Assembly (NCBI GenBank): GCA_963677925.2
Contig: CAXXYH010000003.1
Location: 2,112,001 to 2,176,000 of the forward strand
DNA: 64,000 bases
Reading direction: 5' to 3'
Source: Spirochaetia bacterium
Lineage (GTDB): Bacteria > Spirochaetota > Spirochaetia > UBA9216
The translations under genes were made by a program, and so were the position numbers. Below, one piece after another: positions 29,384 to 39,139 of this stretch; the stretch's first letter is position 1, and every line of letters starts with the position of its first letter. The notes beneath the pieces were generated by a model. It was not told the DNA's origin. It made no database searches and worked only from the letters and a program-made list of their open reading frames with translations.

Positions 29384-30541
29384 TTACACCTCTACCCAGG
29401 AATCAGTTTCAACACTCTTAATTACAGCTTCGCAGAGAAGCATTTCAGACAGACCGTCTTTGAGAGTGGGATAGTCGGGAGCCGAGCCCATATCAATACC
29501 AAGAAGATCTGAGTAAAATTCACGCAAAACCCATTTCAGAGTATCGCCGTAACCTTCCTGATGACCGCCCGGATAACCGGACATTGTCGCGGCATGGTCA
29601 TGCATTAACGAGGGGTCTTTCATCAGAATCTCATTAGCGGAATTCCTGTGCCCGATTTTTATCAGGTTGGGTTCTTCAGAATTCCAGGAAAATGAGGCTT
29701 TGGTTCCCATCTGTCTGAACTCCATGAAATTTTTAAAACCGGCAGAAACCTGGCTTACCGTAAGATTTCCAAGCACATTATTTTCAAACTTGAAAAGAAT
29801 CTGTGCATAATCCTCGGTATCAACCTCATACGAAACATATGCTGATGTATCTTTTGAAGTTCCTTTATCGAATGTAAGGTCTTTTCCGTCTGCGCTCTTC
29901 TTTCTAGTATCATACATTCTGCTGAACTGCGCAAATACAGATTTAATTTTTAATCCGGTAATGTACTGAGCCATATCCATCCAGTGAGTTCCAATGTCGG
30001 CAACAGCCCTTGATTTACCGCTTAGTTTTGATTCGAGCCTCCAGCTGTAGTCGGTCTCGTACTGAAGCCAGTCCTGCAGATAACAGCCCTGTATTGCAAA
30101 AACTTCTCCTGCTGATTTTTCCGCGTTCCTTTCCTTCATTTCCTGAATCATAGGATAATAACGAAGATTATAGTTTACAGCTGCTTTTATCCCCTTTGAT
30201 TCCGCAAGCGCAACAAGTTCACGAGCTTCGGCCGAAGTAAGCGTCAGCGGCTTTTCACAGATTACACTCTTCCCGTGCTCAAGAGATTCCTTCACCATGG
30301 AATAATGAAGAAAGTTTGGTGTACAGATGTGAACTACATCAATATCATCCCGTTTCAGAATCTCCCTGTAATCTCCGGTATGAAAAGGGACATTCAGTTT
30401 TACTGCGGCTTCTTTAGCTTCGGCTTCGGATACTCCAGCAATAGCGGCAAGTTCCGCAAGCCCGGCATTCCTTCTAACTGCTTCTGCATGAACAGGCCCG
30501 ATATAACCGGTGCCAATCACAGCTACCTTTAGTCTACCCAT
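29384..30541 (-). CDS. Gfo/Idh/MocA-family oxidoreductase
   Basis: GTGYIG, CTPNFLH, CEKP, DIGTH, GGHQEG. Confidence 0.92.
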   Translation of the reverse strand: MGRLKVAVIGTGYIGPVHAEAVRRNAGLAELAAIAGVSEAEAKEAAVKLNVPFHTGDYREILKRDDIDVVHICTPNFLHYSMVKESLEHGKSVICEKPLTLTSAEARELVALAESKGIKAAVNYNLRYYPMIQEMKERNAEKSAGEVFAIQGCYLQDWLQYETDYSWRLESKLSGKSRAVADIGTHWMDMAQYITGLKIKSVFAQFSRMYDTRKKSADGKDLTFDKGTSKDTSAYVSYEVDTEDYAQILFKFENNVLGNLTVSQVSAGFKNFMEFRQMGTKASFSWNSEEPNLIKIGHRNSANEILMKDPSLMHDHAATMSGYPGGHQEGYGDTLKWVLREFYSDLLGIDMGSAPDYPTLKDGLSEMLLCEAVIKSVETDSWVEV

Positions 30542-30571
30542 TTAGTTTGTCCTTTGGTTGTATTTATCCTG

Positions 30572-30626
30572 ATTGTAACCCTGTATGTTCCAGCTGTCAA
30601 CCTTTTTGTTTTACCATTAAACATAA
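30572..30626 (-). promoter_or_regulatory. sigma70 promoter of the gfo operon with possible ROK operator
   Basis: Minus strand TTGACA(30600-30595)-17 bp-TACAAT(30577-30572); imperfect IR TTTGTTTTACCATTAAACATAA just upstream. Confidence 0.6.
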
Positions 30627-30683
30627 TTGTCGCAAGAAGAACTTGTTGATTTTCTCAATTCCTGATACTATAGTCTCAATATT

Positions 30684-31898
30684 ATGAATAAGGCTGAACT
30701 GATAACTCCCAATACAACATCACTGATATACAACATAATCCGCACCACTGGTGAGATTAACAGGATGGGATTAACCAAAATGAGCGGGGTCTCAAAATCC
30801 ACAATCTCTCTTCAGATTAATAAACTGATCAAACTCGGACTTATAGAAGAGATTGCCCCCTCCGACAGCAGCCAGAGAAAGCTTAAGCTTAAGATACGTG
30901 AAAATATCGGTCATGTTGCCGGGGTATTTCTGGGAATTACGAAACTCAGTATGGCTATATTCAGCCTGGATATGCACATAGTGGCTGAATCTGAATTTTT
31001 CTTTGACAATATAAGCGAACCTGAATCAACCAATAAAGAAATAATCAGCCAGCTTAAAATGCTCTGTGAAAAAAATAATATCGACAAACTCTGGGGAATC
31101 GGAATAGGTTTTCCCTTTCCGGTCAACTTCAAGGAAGGAAGACCTGACTCACCGCCGAATGTTCCCCTCTGGCATGACTACCCGCTGAAGGACCTTTATG
31201 AAAAAGAGTTCGGATGTCCGGTACTTGTCGATAACGATGTAAATGTCATGGCTCTTGGTGAAAGCTACAAGGGCTGTACCCAGAACGAGTCTGACTTTCT
31301 GTTTATAAAGATCGGTACAGGAATTGGTTCGGGACTGATTGTAGACGGAAAGATTTACAGGGGAGCAAACGGCTGTGCAGGCGATATAGGGCATATTGCT
31401 GTTAATGGAAGTGATGTTCAGTGCCAGTGCGGAAACATCGGCTGTCTTGAAGCGGTTGCCGGAGGAAAGGCGCTTGGAAAAATCGCTACGGAAATGGGGA
31501 AGGCCGGTGAAAGTAAATACCTGGCAAAGCTGATACAGACCAAACCGAAACTTACTGCGGCTGACATTAATAGCGGAGCAATAGCCGGGGATCTTGCCTG
31601 TATTCAGGTAATTAAGAAAGCCGGTGCCGCTGTGGGGGAAGTAAGCGCCAAACTGGTAAACTTCTTCAATCCGTCGTTTATAGTTATCGGCGGGGGGCTG
31701 GCCGGATTCGGCAACCATTTTGTGGGCGCAATAAGAGAAGCCGTTATTCGCCGTTCACTGCACCTTGCTACATATGAGCTTACAGTCTGTGTTTCCGAAT
31801 TGAGGGACAAATCCGGCCCTACAGGCTCGGGAACCCTTATCCTGGATCATATCTTTTCATCTGAAGTCTTTTCGGAAACAATCAAAAAAAACCGGTAA
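30684..31898 (+). CDS. ROK-family transcriptional regulator
   Basis: N-terminal wHTH; DNDVN, GTGIGSG, AGDIGH, CQCGNIGCLE. Confidence 0.93.
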   Translation: MNKAELITPNTTSLIYNIIRTTGEINRMGLTKMSGVSKSTISLQINKLIKLGLIEEIAPSDSSQRKLKLKIRENIGHVAGVFLGITKLSMAIFSLDMHIVAESEFFFDNISEPESTNKEIISQLKMLCEKNNIDKLWGIGIGFPFPVNFKEGRPDSPPNVPLWHDYPLKDLYEKEFGCPVLVDNDVNVMALGESYKGCTQNESDFLFIKIGTGIGSGLIVDGKIYRGANGCAGDIGHIAVNGSDVQCQCGNIGCLEAVAGGKALGKIATEMGKAGESKYLAKLIQTKPKLTAADINSGAIAGDLACIQVIKKAGAAVGEVSAKLVNFFNPSFIVIGGGLAGFGNHFVGAIREAVIRRSLHLATYELTVCVSELRDKSGPTGSGTLILDHIFSSEVFSETIKKNR

Positions 31899-31900
31899 TA

Positions 31901-32362
31901 TCAGCTTTTCACAAGCTTCAAAACCATCTCCCTGAACTCTGCCTCATTCTCTTTTCCCAGCATAAATACTGCCTCATTTTCGCAGGTGTGAAGTCTTGGT
32001 GAAATCTCATCGACCGCCGCCTTTCCTTCTGCAGTAATTGTTACAATCCGCTCACGCCGGTCGCTTCCTATCTGCCGCAGTGCATAAGCTGATTTTTCAA
32101 GACCGTCGACGAACTTGACCATTGAAGCCCGATCAATCCCCAGATTCTCTGCAAGGGTAACTTGATTCTCCCCTATACCGTCTTTCAATGCAAGCATTAT
32201 TGTATACTGAGGCGGGGTAAGCCCGTATTCGCCCAGAATTCTGTAAATACCCGTATGAATTCTTCCGGCCAGTTTATCCAGCTGAAAACTTAAAAAATTT
32301 TCAAACCCCGGATAGGGCGGAAGCCCTGCCTGAAGCCAGTATTCCCTCGGCTGCCTTTTCAT
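31901..32362 (-). CDS. MarR-family regulator
   Basis: GLTPPQY, LAENLGIDRASMV, DRRERIV. Confidence 0.9.
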   Translation of the reverse strand: MKRQPREYWLQAGLPPYPGFENFLSFQLDKLAGRIHTGIYRILGEYGLTPPQYTIMLALKDGIGENQVTLAENLGIDRASMVKFVDGLEKSAYALRQIGSDRRERIVTITAEGKAAVDEISPRLHTCENEAVFMLGKENEAEFREMVLKLVKS

Positions 32363-32377
32363 TTTTCTCCCCTTTTA

Positions 32378-32421
32378 TTGACATTACTAATGATTTGTTA
32401 TACTAATTACTTGCAGTAATT
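32378..32421 (+). promoter_or_regulatory. Promoter and MarR operator AATTACT-TGC-AGTAATT
   Basis: TTGACA at 32378; inverted repeat at 32405-32421 between the divergent marR and MFS genes. Confidence 0.55.
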
Positions 32422-32468
32422 TTGTAAACCATTACAGACATTCTACACATAGAAAGGTTGAAAAATAA

Positions 32469-33668
32469 ATGAAAAATACAAATCCTCGAATGCCGGGACT
32501 CATTAGAGTATCATTGATTGGCGGCGCAATAATGGCACTTACACCTCTTTCCATAGATATGTATCTGCCGGCTTTTCCTTTTATAGAAATTGATCTTAAA
32601 GGCACAGCATCACTTGTACAGCTGTCACTTTCCATATTCTTTGCCGGTGTAACACTGGGACAGTTATTCTACGGACCCATCTCGGATAAAATCGGAAGAA
32701 AAAAACCGCTTATTGCCGGACTCCTGATTTTTCTGCTTGCAGGTATAGGATGTATCTACACAAAGAGCATCGGGATGTTTATATTCTTCAGGTTCGCTCA
32801 GGCGATAGGAGCTTCTGCCGGAATGGTAATTTCGCAGGTTATAGTCACAGACCTGTATACCGATCACCGTAAATCAGGGCAGGTATTCTCTGTTCTGATG
32901 CTTGTGCTGGGAACCGCACCGATCATTGCACCGACAATCGGAAGCTTTCTTCTGGACAGCCTGGGATGGCGTGGAATATTCGCTGTTCTTCTTGGAGCAG
33001 GCGCCCTGGTACTTATCAGTTTTGTTATCGGTATTCCTGAGACATCAAAGCCGCGACCGGACGCATCAATGGCGGACTCATTCAGAGCTTACGGAAAAGT
33101 ATTGAAATTCCCGGGATTTTTAAGAATCTCACTGGCAAGAAATATAATGAATGCAGGTATGTTCGCGTATATCACTACCTCACCATTTATCTTTATGAAA
33201 ATGTACGGATTAAACGAATTCCAGTACGGACTGGTCTTTGCAGGTACCGCTGTCTCAATAATGCTTGGAAATATTCTAAGCGGAATACTGCTTAAGAAAA
33301 CCGACCCGGAAAAACTCTTTGATGTATCAAATGTTCTGGCACTGATATTCGGAGTGCTGACAGTAATAGTTTCTTTCACCAAGCCTTCAATGATAGTTCT
33401 TCTATTGCCTATTATCGGCTACATGTTCAATCTGGGACTGATGCTTCCCGGCTCAACCAGTCTTGCACTGCGAGGGCATGGAAAAAACACCGGAGCCGCT
33501 TCAGCCATCAACGGAAGCATCCAGTTTATTACAGCCTTCGGAGCATCGGGAATAATGAGCGCGTTCAGCGGTCTCAGTCTCCTCCCGATGGCCTTCGGAG
33601 TAGGAATATGCGGAGTAGCCAGCTCTGCAATCTATTTTATTGCAGCCGGAAAGAAAAAGACCGTATAG
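32469..33668 (+). CDS. Bcr/CflA-family multidrug MFS transporter
   Basis: SIDMYLPAFP, GPISDKIGRK, APIIAPTIG. Confidence 0.92.
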   Translation: MKNTNPRMPGLIRVSLIGGAIMALTPLSIDMYLPAFPFIEIDLKGTASLVQLSLSIFFAGVTLGQLFYGPISDKIGRKKPLIAGLLIFLLAGIGCIYTKSIGMFIFFRFAQAIGASAGMVISQVIVTDLYTDHRKSGQVFSVLMLVLGTAPIIAPTIGSFLLDSLGWRGIFAVLLGAGALVLISFVIGIPETSKPRPDASMADSFRAYGKVLKFPGFLRISLARNIMNAGMFAYITTSPFIFMKMYGLNEFQYGLVFAGTAVSIMLGNILSGILLKKTDPEKLFDVSNVLALIFGVLTVIVSFTKPSMIVLLLPIIGYMFNLGLMLPGSTSLALRGHGKNTGAASAINGSIQFITAFGASGIMSAFSGLSLLPMAFGVGICGVASSAIYFIAAGKKKTV

Positions 33669-33700
33669 ACAGAGCAAAGGCGGCCGGGAACTTACCCCGG

Positions 33701-33925
33701 TCAGCCCCGGACAGCACCGAATACAAGAAGAAAGATTCCGCCGGCACCTATAATACTGCCGAAGATCAGGCAGATTTTAGCCGCGGTTTCATCGCTCATG
33801 TTTTTTCCAAGTTTCATCTTAACAAGCTTCAGAAGCACGGGCGCCTTCTTGATTCCGCCGAGTATTCCAACCAGGAAGAAATACAGAATGCAGGCGATGC
33901 CGCCTAGTAAGAATCCTATAGCCAT
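33701..33925 (-). CDS. Small 2-TM membrane protein
   Basis: AGGAGG RBS; two hydrophobic segments; follows the ABC operon. Confidence 0.65.
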   Translation of the reverse strand: MAIGFLLGGIACILYFFLVGILGGIKKAPVLLKLVKMKLGKNMSDETAAKICLIFGSIIGAGGIFLLVFGAVRG

Positions 33926-33953
33926 AAAAAGCCTCCTTGAAAAAAATATATAT

Positions 33954-34955
33954 TCAGCTTAGCCCGGCTCTTATTTTCGGCCTGGCCAGAAAATAGACAG
34001 CCATTGAAAGAACAAAAACCATGACCGTACACAACAGGACTGTCGGCCAGTCCGCACTCTTGGAAAGAACAAGCAGGTTGGCCTTGTAGGCCCAGTAAAA
34101 AGGACTCCAGTACATTGTCCACTGCCACTTGTCAGAAAGAAGTTCGTAACCGGCAATCGAGCCGGCAATAGGGATAAATAGCATCTTTACATTTGTAGCA
34201 GCTTCTATAACATCATCGCTGGCAAGGCCCTGAACGAAGCCGACAACCAGAGAAAGAATGAGCGAACTGAAGGCTGTCAGAATAATCATAATCCAGTTTA
34301 TGTCCCAGTAACCGTTCACAATCAGAGTAAAGATAATCAGACACATTGCAACCATTCCGCCCATCATACTCTTCCCGAGGACAAAGGATGTCTGAGAAGT
34401 CGGAGATACATTAATCGCGTTTATTGTGTTGTCGCTTTTTTCACCCACTATACTTATGGCTATCAGCATTCCCGACAGCATAATTATCATGGATATCAGC
34501 ATATTTACAATCATGGTTTTTACGGGAGAAACAGTGAAGCCGAATGAGTACATGGACGCCGTAGTCTCCTCTTTCGTGGAACCAAGCTCATACAGGGCAT
34601 TGAGGGCTTTGGCATATTCTCCGACTATCTCGGGCTCGTCACCCTGAAGAATAATTTCATACCCATCACCTTCCGGAATTATGGCGGCTACATTATCGCG
34701 CTTTTTCACACGGTTAAGCAGCTCATCCTCACTGTCAAAAACAGTGACCTTTGCAAACTGCTGCATATATTCAATATGTGCAGCAGTATCCGATTCGAGC
34801 ATCGCAAGATTTACAGTCGTATCATTGAGCCCGGGAACAAAAAATATAATACCGACAGCCATAACAAGAGGCATAATCATGATTACCATCCCCATGGAAT
34901 CACGCCTGGCTATCTTGAAATCTCTTAAAAATATTTTAAAAGCATTTTTCAGCAT
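33954..34955 (-). CDS. ABC-2 type permease
   Basis: RDFKIARRD, IVGEKSDNT, SPFYW. Confidence 0.85.
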   Translation of the reverse strand: MLKNAFKIFLRDFKIARRDSMGMVIMIMPLVMAVGIIFFVPGLNDTTVNLAMLESDTAAHIEYMQQFAKVTVFDSEDELLNRVKKRDNVAAIIPEGDGYEIILQGDEPEIVGEYAKALNALYELGSTKEETTASMYSFGFTVSPVKTMIVNMLISMIIMLSGMLIAISIVGEKSDNTINAINVSPTSQTSFVLGKSMMGGMVAMCLIIFTLIVNGYWDINWIMIILTAFSSLILSLVVGFVQGLASDDVIEAATNVKMLFIPIAGSIAGYELLSDKWQWTMYWSPFYWAYKANLLVLSKSADWPTVLLCTVMVFVLSMAVYFLARPKIRAGLS

Positions 34956-34968
34956 GTTACCTCCTCAA

Positions 34969-36156
34969 CTACAAAGTGAGTGTTTTCTTGAATCGGTAGT
35001 TGGCAATGATAAATAGAAGCACACCGCCGATAAGAAAAATACCGCTGTTCATCAGGACAAAGCCTGTATCAGTCTCAGCCATAATGATTTCCTTCATGCT
35101 CTGCAGCAGCGGATATGTCGGAAAAAACCTCAGCCAAAGAGGATCAAATCCGGGAATAAAATATGAGAACGCCGGAATCATCAGAGCTATCATAAAGAAA
35201 TACAGCAGTCCAAAAGCCTTTGACATGGTATCAAAAAAACTTGCGATAAGCAGTCCAAGAGCAGCAAAAGAAAAGGTTGAAATAAGAAGCAGCAGGTAAA
35301 AAAGAGGGTAATCCGGCTGGGTTCCCATTATCGGAATCGTTATTATCGATGAGGAAATCAGTACCGTAGTAAGAATGATCATTGTTTTACTAAGAAGGTA
35401 TTTCCATACAGGCGAAGGGGTTACTGCAAAAGCCCTTATGACACCCTCCGACTTATCCAGAAAGATATAGGCTACAACGATAAAGAACCCCATCAGAGAA
35501 CCCATAAAAACTACCATAACCGGGACAAGATTTTCGCGATTGTTCAAAATATGTACATTCCCGAGTTTTGTGACATTCTGCCGGTCTACTGCTTCCTTCA
35601 AAACATCAGGAGTCTCATTATGCAGAACGTACAGCAGATTGATATAACGGCCGGTTTCATATCCCTGGTTATAATACCGGAATGTTCTTACTCCCGCGCT
35701 GTCTACCGCAACTGTTGCCCCGATTGTTCTTTCCTGAAAAGCAAGCCGAATCATCAGTTCTTCGCTGTCGGTGATATAAACTGTCTTATCAAGCTCGCCG
35801 GTATCGGGATTATAATCCTGGTATGTTTCAACCGATATGACATCTTTTTCAAAGTCATATGATTCAATTTCACCGGTTTCAATATTTTTAACATCAAAAC
35901 TGACAGCCTTCATCTTGAACTCGGCAGGTTCTATCAGTTTCAAGGTTCCCTTGTCGATTTCTTTCTGTATAAGATATTCCGAAAGCTCCTGAGGCATGTC
36001 GTAGTAAACGAATTCTTTCTGCCTGCTTACAGAGTTTTCCTTTACACCGAACAGGAGAATTATCAGAATTATTGCAGCTATAACTATTTCTATGTAGAAA
36101 TAAAAGCCTCTGGCCGCAATCTTCATCTCCTTAAAATATGAGCTTAACAGTTTCAT
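34969..36156 (-). CDS. ABC-2 type permease with large extracytoplasmic loop
   Basis: Likely ATG at 36156 (MKLLSSYFKEMKIAARGFYF); FLDKSEGVIRAFAVTP, FFPTYP. Confidence 0.85.
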   Translation of the reverse strand: MKLLSSYFKEMKIAARGFYFYIEIVIAAIILIILLFGVKENSVSRQKEFVYYDMPQELSEYLIQKEIDKGTLKLIEPAEFKMKAVSFDVKNIETGEIESYDFEKDVISVETYQDYNPDTGELDKTVYITDSEELMIRLAFQERTIGATVAVDSAGVRTFRYYNQGYETGRYINLLYVLHNETPDVLKEAVDRQNVTKLGNVHILNNRENLVPVMVVFMGSLMGFFIVVAYIFLDKSEGVIRAFAVTPSPVWKYLLSKTMIILTTVLISSSIITIPIMGTQPDYPLFYLLLLISTFSFAALGLLIASFFDTMSKAFGLLYFFMIALMIPAFSYFIPGFDPLWLRFFPTYPLLQSMKEIIMAETDTGFVLMNSGIFLIGGVLLFIIANYRFKKTLTL

Positions 36157-36157
36157 A

Positions 36158-37012
36158 TCAGACAAGCTCCCTTCCAGTAACCTGGATGAAGATCTCTTCC
36201 AGCGTAGCTTCTTTTGAATGCATGGTCTGAATATCATGAGTCTGTACAATTTCTGCTATCTTTTTACGGTCTTCTTCGGTAACTGTCTTAAGCGTATCCT
36301 TAATAACCTTTCCGTTCTCGATATACTCTATTTCAATGAGTTTTTTACCGTATTGAAGTTTCAGATTTTTGGGAGTATCGATCAGCTTAATCTCCCCGTC
36401 AATTATAAAGGCAACACGATCACAGAGCTCGTCGGCTATATACATGTTATGAGTAGTAAGAAAAGATGTTACCCCCTCCGAGGATCGGGCCCTGATTATA
36501 TCTTTGATAGATGCTGCTATTGCAGGATCAAGACCGGTCGTCGGTTCATCAAGGAACCACAGCTTAGGATTATTTATCATGGACCGCGCAAAGGTAAGAC
36601 GGTGCTTCATTCCCTTTGAAAAATCGCCCGCTCTTTCATTCTCTTTACCGTCAAGCCCGACCATTTTTAAAAGCTCCATCGAATCACGCGTTGGCACATC
36701 GAAAAGTTTGGCGTAATAATCGAGGTTTTCCTTCGCGGTAAGCTTGCTGTACACATTGGACTGCTCGAATGAAACGCCGATATCATTGAAGCGCTCATTG
36801 TGAACTTTCTTCAGATCATAGCCGGAAACGGTCACTTCCCCGGTCTGAAGCTTCAAAAGCCCGGTAAGAATTCCCTGAGTGGTTGATTTCCCGGCGCCGG
36901 AAGGACCGAGAAAACCGAAGGTTTCGCCGTCTTCAACCTCAAAGCTGATATTGTTTACTGCATATTTTTCATCGTTGCTGTAGGAATGCGACAGGTTTTT
37001 AACAGATATCAT
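36158..37012 (-). CDS. ABC exporter ATP-binding protein (Rv2688c-like)
   Basis: ATG at 37012 after GGGGAG; GPSGAGKST, FSKGMK, LDEPTTGLDP. Confidence 0.92.
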   Translation of the reverse strand: MISVKNLSHSYSNDEKYAVNNISFEVEDGETFGFLGPSGAGKSTTQGILTGLLKLQTGEVTVSGYDLKKVHNERFNDIGVSFEQSNVYSKLTAKENLDYYAKLFDVPTRDSMELLKMVGLDGKENERAGDFSKGMKHRLTFARSMINNPKLWFLDEPTTGLDPAIAASIKDIIRARSSEGVTSFLTTHNMYIADELCDRVAFIIDGEIKLIDTPKNLKLQYGKKLIEIEYIENGKVIKDTLKTVTEEDRKKIAEIVQTHDIQTMHSKEATLEEIFIQVTGRELV

Positions 37013-37040
37013 ATCTCCCCCCTTAAAACCGACTCTATTA

Positions 37041-37069
37041 ATTATAAGCCCCTCAGCCGGATATTTCAA
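37041..37069 (-). promoter_or_regulatory. sigma70 promoter of the second ABC exporter
   Basis: Minus strand TTGAAA-17 bp-TATAAT. Confidence 0.65.
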
Positions 37070-37086
37070 ATACGGTTATCAGGAGA

Positions 37087-38460
37087 TCACGTCTTACCGT
37101 ATGGAAAGGTTAGACGGAAACAGTTTCCGTAATCTTCGCCGCACTCAAGAATCAGTTCTCCTCCGTGCATCCGGGCTATCTCTGCGGCTATCGCGAGCCC
37201 AAGCCCCCGCCCCCCCTTTCTGCGGTCAACACCAAGAGAGGGAACACGGAAGCCTCTGGTAAAAAGAAGCGGCCTGTACTCTTCAGGTATCGGAACACCC
37301 TCATCACAGACACTGATATTTATGTTTCCGGCATTTTCTGTCACTGAAATCTTCACCCGGCTGCCGGCCGGAGAGTACTTAACCGCATTATCGATCAGGT
37401 TGGATATAACCGAACCCAGTTTTGCTGAATCAGCAAACACAATAATAGCGAGCCCGGCTTCAATATCCGGCTCTATTCTGATATTGTTTATTTCAGCCTT
37501 GTACTGCCATCGCACTGCCTCATCGCGAATCATATCTGCGATATCAAAAGTTTCCCTCTTGAGTATATAGGATCCGGAATCAGATTCGGCGATCAAGTCT
37601 AGATCGTAAATTACATTTTGAAGTGAATCAACTTCGGCAATAATCTGCGCTCCTGCATCTCCGGCAGAAACAAGCCCGTCCGAAAGAGCCCTGGCCTCAA
37701 GTTTTATGGCATTAAGCGGTGTGTTTATTTCATGGGAAATATCTGCAAGGAGGCTGCGTCTTGATTCACGCTGACTGCTGAGATTTGCTACCATTTTTTT
37801 GAACGCCCGGTTCAGGCGGCCTATTTCATCATCGTTAATGCTGCCTGTATCAATATCGCTGCCGCCTTCTGAAATCTTGACGGCGGCGGATGTCAGCCTG
37901 ATTACAGGACCGGTTATTCTGCGTGATATGATCAGGCTGATCAAAGCTGCCAGCAGCGCAGTAATCAGCCCCCTGTACACAGCTGCTTTAAGCAGGGAGG
38001 CTGTATAATCCCGGACATGCGCACTGATATAGGCTTCTCCGATGTAGAGAGTTACTGAGCCCACTTTGCTGCTGTCTGTATAATTAATCACAGGCTGGGA
38101 TTCACCCTCAAGCAGAACATTATCTTCTATATTAAGGATATTTGAAAAGCTGTTGTATACAGTCCGCTCATCAGCATCTCTGACCACCATCCTGATAACA
38201 GCTCCCTCAGCGGTATTCAGGCTTTCAAGATTGCTTAAGCGCTGAATTTCCATATCCATCCCCTTCCAGCTGTTATTTCTGGTATATATTGAACTGATCT
38301 GCCTGGCTGCCGCAATGGACTGAATTTCAGTGAAAAGGACAGGAAGTTCAGAAGCATACAGACGGTATTCAATTGTGCTGCTCACGGCCAGGGAGAATAC
38401 AATTATAAGCAGAAAAGAGGAAAAAACACGGAAGTAGATCGATTTCAGGAAGATACGCAT
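37087..38460 (-). CDS. HAMP sensor histidine kinase (BaeS-like)
   Basis: 2 TM, HAMP (DDEIGRLNRAF), SHEINTPL, NLIDNAVKY, GLGLAIA. Confidence 0.92.
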   Translation of the reverse strand: MRIFLKSIYFRVFSSFLLIIVFSLAVSSTIEYRLYASELPVLFTEIQSIAAARQISSIYTRNNSWKGMDMEIQRLSNLESLNTAEGAVIRMVVRDADERTVYNSFSNILNIEDNVLLEGESQPVINYTDSSKVGSVTLYIGEAYISAHVRDYTASLLKAAVYRGLITALLAALISLIISRRITGPVIRLTSAAVKISEGGSDIDTGSINDDEIGRLNRAFKKMVANLSSQRESRRSLLADISHEINTPLNAIKLEARALSDGLVSAGDAGAQIIAEVDSLQNVIYDLDLIAESDSGSYILKRETFDIADMIRDEAVRWQYKAEINNIRIEPDIEAGLAIIVFADSAKLGSVISNLIDNAVKYSPAGSRVKISVTENAGNINISVCDEGVPIPEEYRPLLFTRGFRVPSLGVDRRKGGRGLGLAIAAEIARMHGGELILECGEDYGNCFRLTFPYGKT

Positions 38461-39122
38461 ATCAGCCGGTACCCTCCTCCGTAAACTGTCTGTATCGGTT
38501 CAAAACCATCACGGTTAATAAGCTTCCGAAGTCTTCGTATATGAGTGTCGATTGAACGTTCGTAGGAATCAAAGTCCTGATCAAAGGCTAGCTCGATCAG
38601 CTGGCTTCTGGACAGGACTGCATCCTGATTTTTCATAAATGCACACAGTATTAAAAACTGTGCATGACTCAGCTTAACTTCTGCATCATCTACAAAGACA
38701 AGCTCCTTCTGTATGTCCACCGAAAGCCTTCCGCAGCTTAAGGCCCTTAACATATCAGTAGAGGTCCTTCTAAGAACTGCCCTTACCCTGGCAATCACTT
38801 CATCAATGTCATAGGGTTTTACGATATAATCATCCGCACCGTCTTCAAAGCCTTCAATACGGTCTTCACGGCTGCCCCTGGCTGTGAGCATGATCACAGG
38901 CACATCGGATTCGGTTCTAAGTATCCTGCAGACTTCGGAACCACTCATTTTCGGAAGCATGAGATCGAGAATAATCAGGTTTGGTGATATTTTTCTTGCA
39001 GCTTCGAGACCGGAGACTCCATCAAAAGCAAGCTCAACTATATATCCTGCTTTTTCAAGATAGACTTTAAGCCACCGGGCACTGCGTACTTCATCTTCAA
39101 CAACAAGTATTTTTACATCCAA
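38445..39122 (-). CDS. OmpR-family response regulator
   Basis: LVVEDE, LDLMLP, GADDYIVKPY, RSIDTHIRRLRK, TVYGGGY. Confidence 0.94.
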   Translation of the reverse strand: MDVKILVVEDEVRSARWLKVYLEKAGYIVELAFDGVSGLEAARKISPNLIILDLMLPKMSGSEVCRILRTESDVPVIMLTARGSREDRIEGFEDGADDYIVKPYDIDEVIARVRAVLRRTSTDMLRALSCGRLSVDIQKELVFVDDAEVKLSHAQFLILCAFMKNQDAVLSRSQLIELAFDQDFDSYERSIDTHIRRLRKLINRDGFEPIQTVYGGGYRLICVSS

Positions 39123-39139
39123 TCCTTCGAAAACCTGCT

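Noticed and set aside
36156-36249. Apparent long gene overlaps from ORF-track starts (also 47974-48091, 17405-17468, 37012-37069)
   Set aside because: Downstream starts with better RBS or spacing remove the overlaps or extensions.
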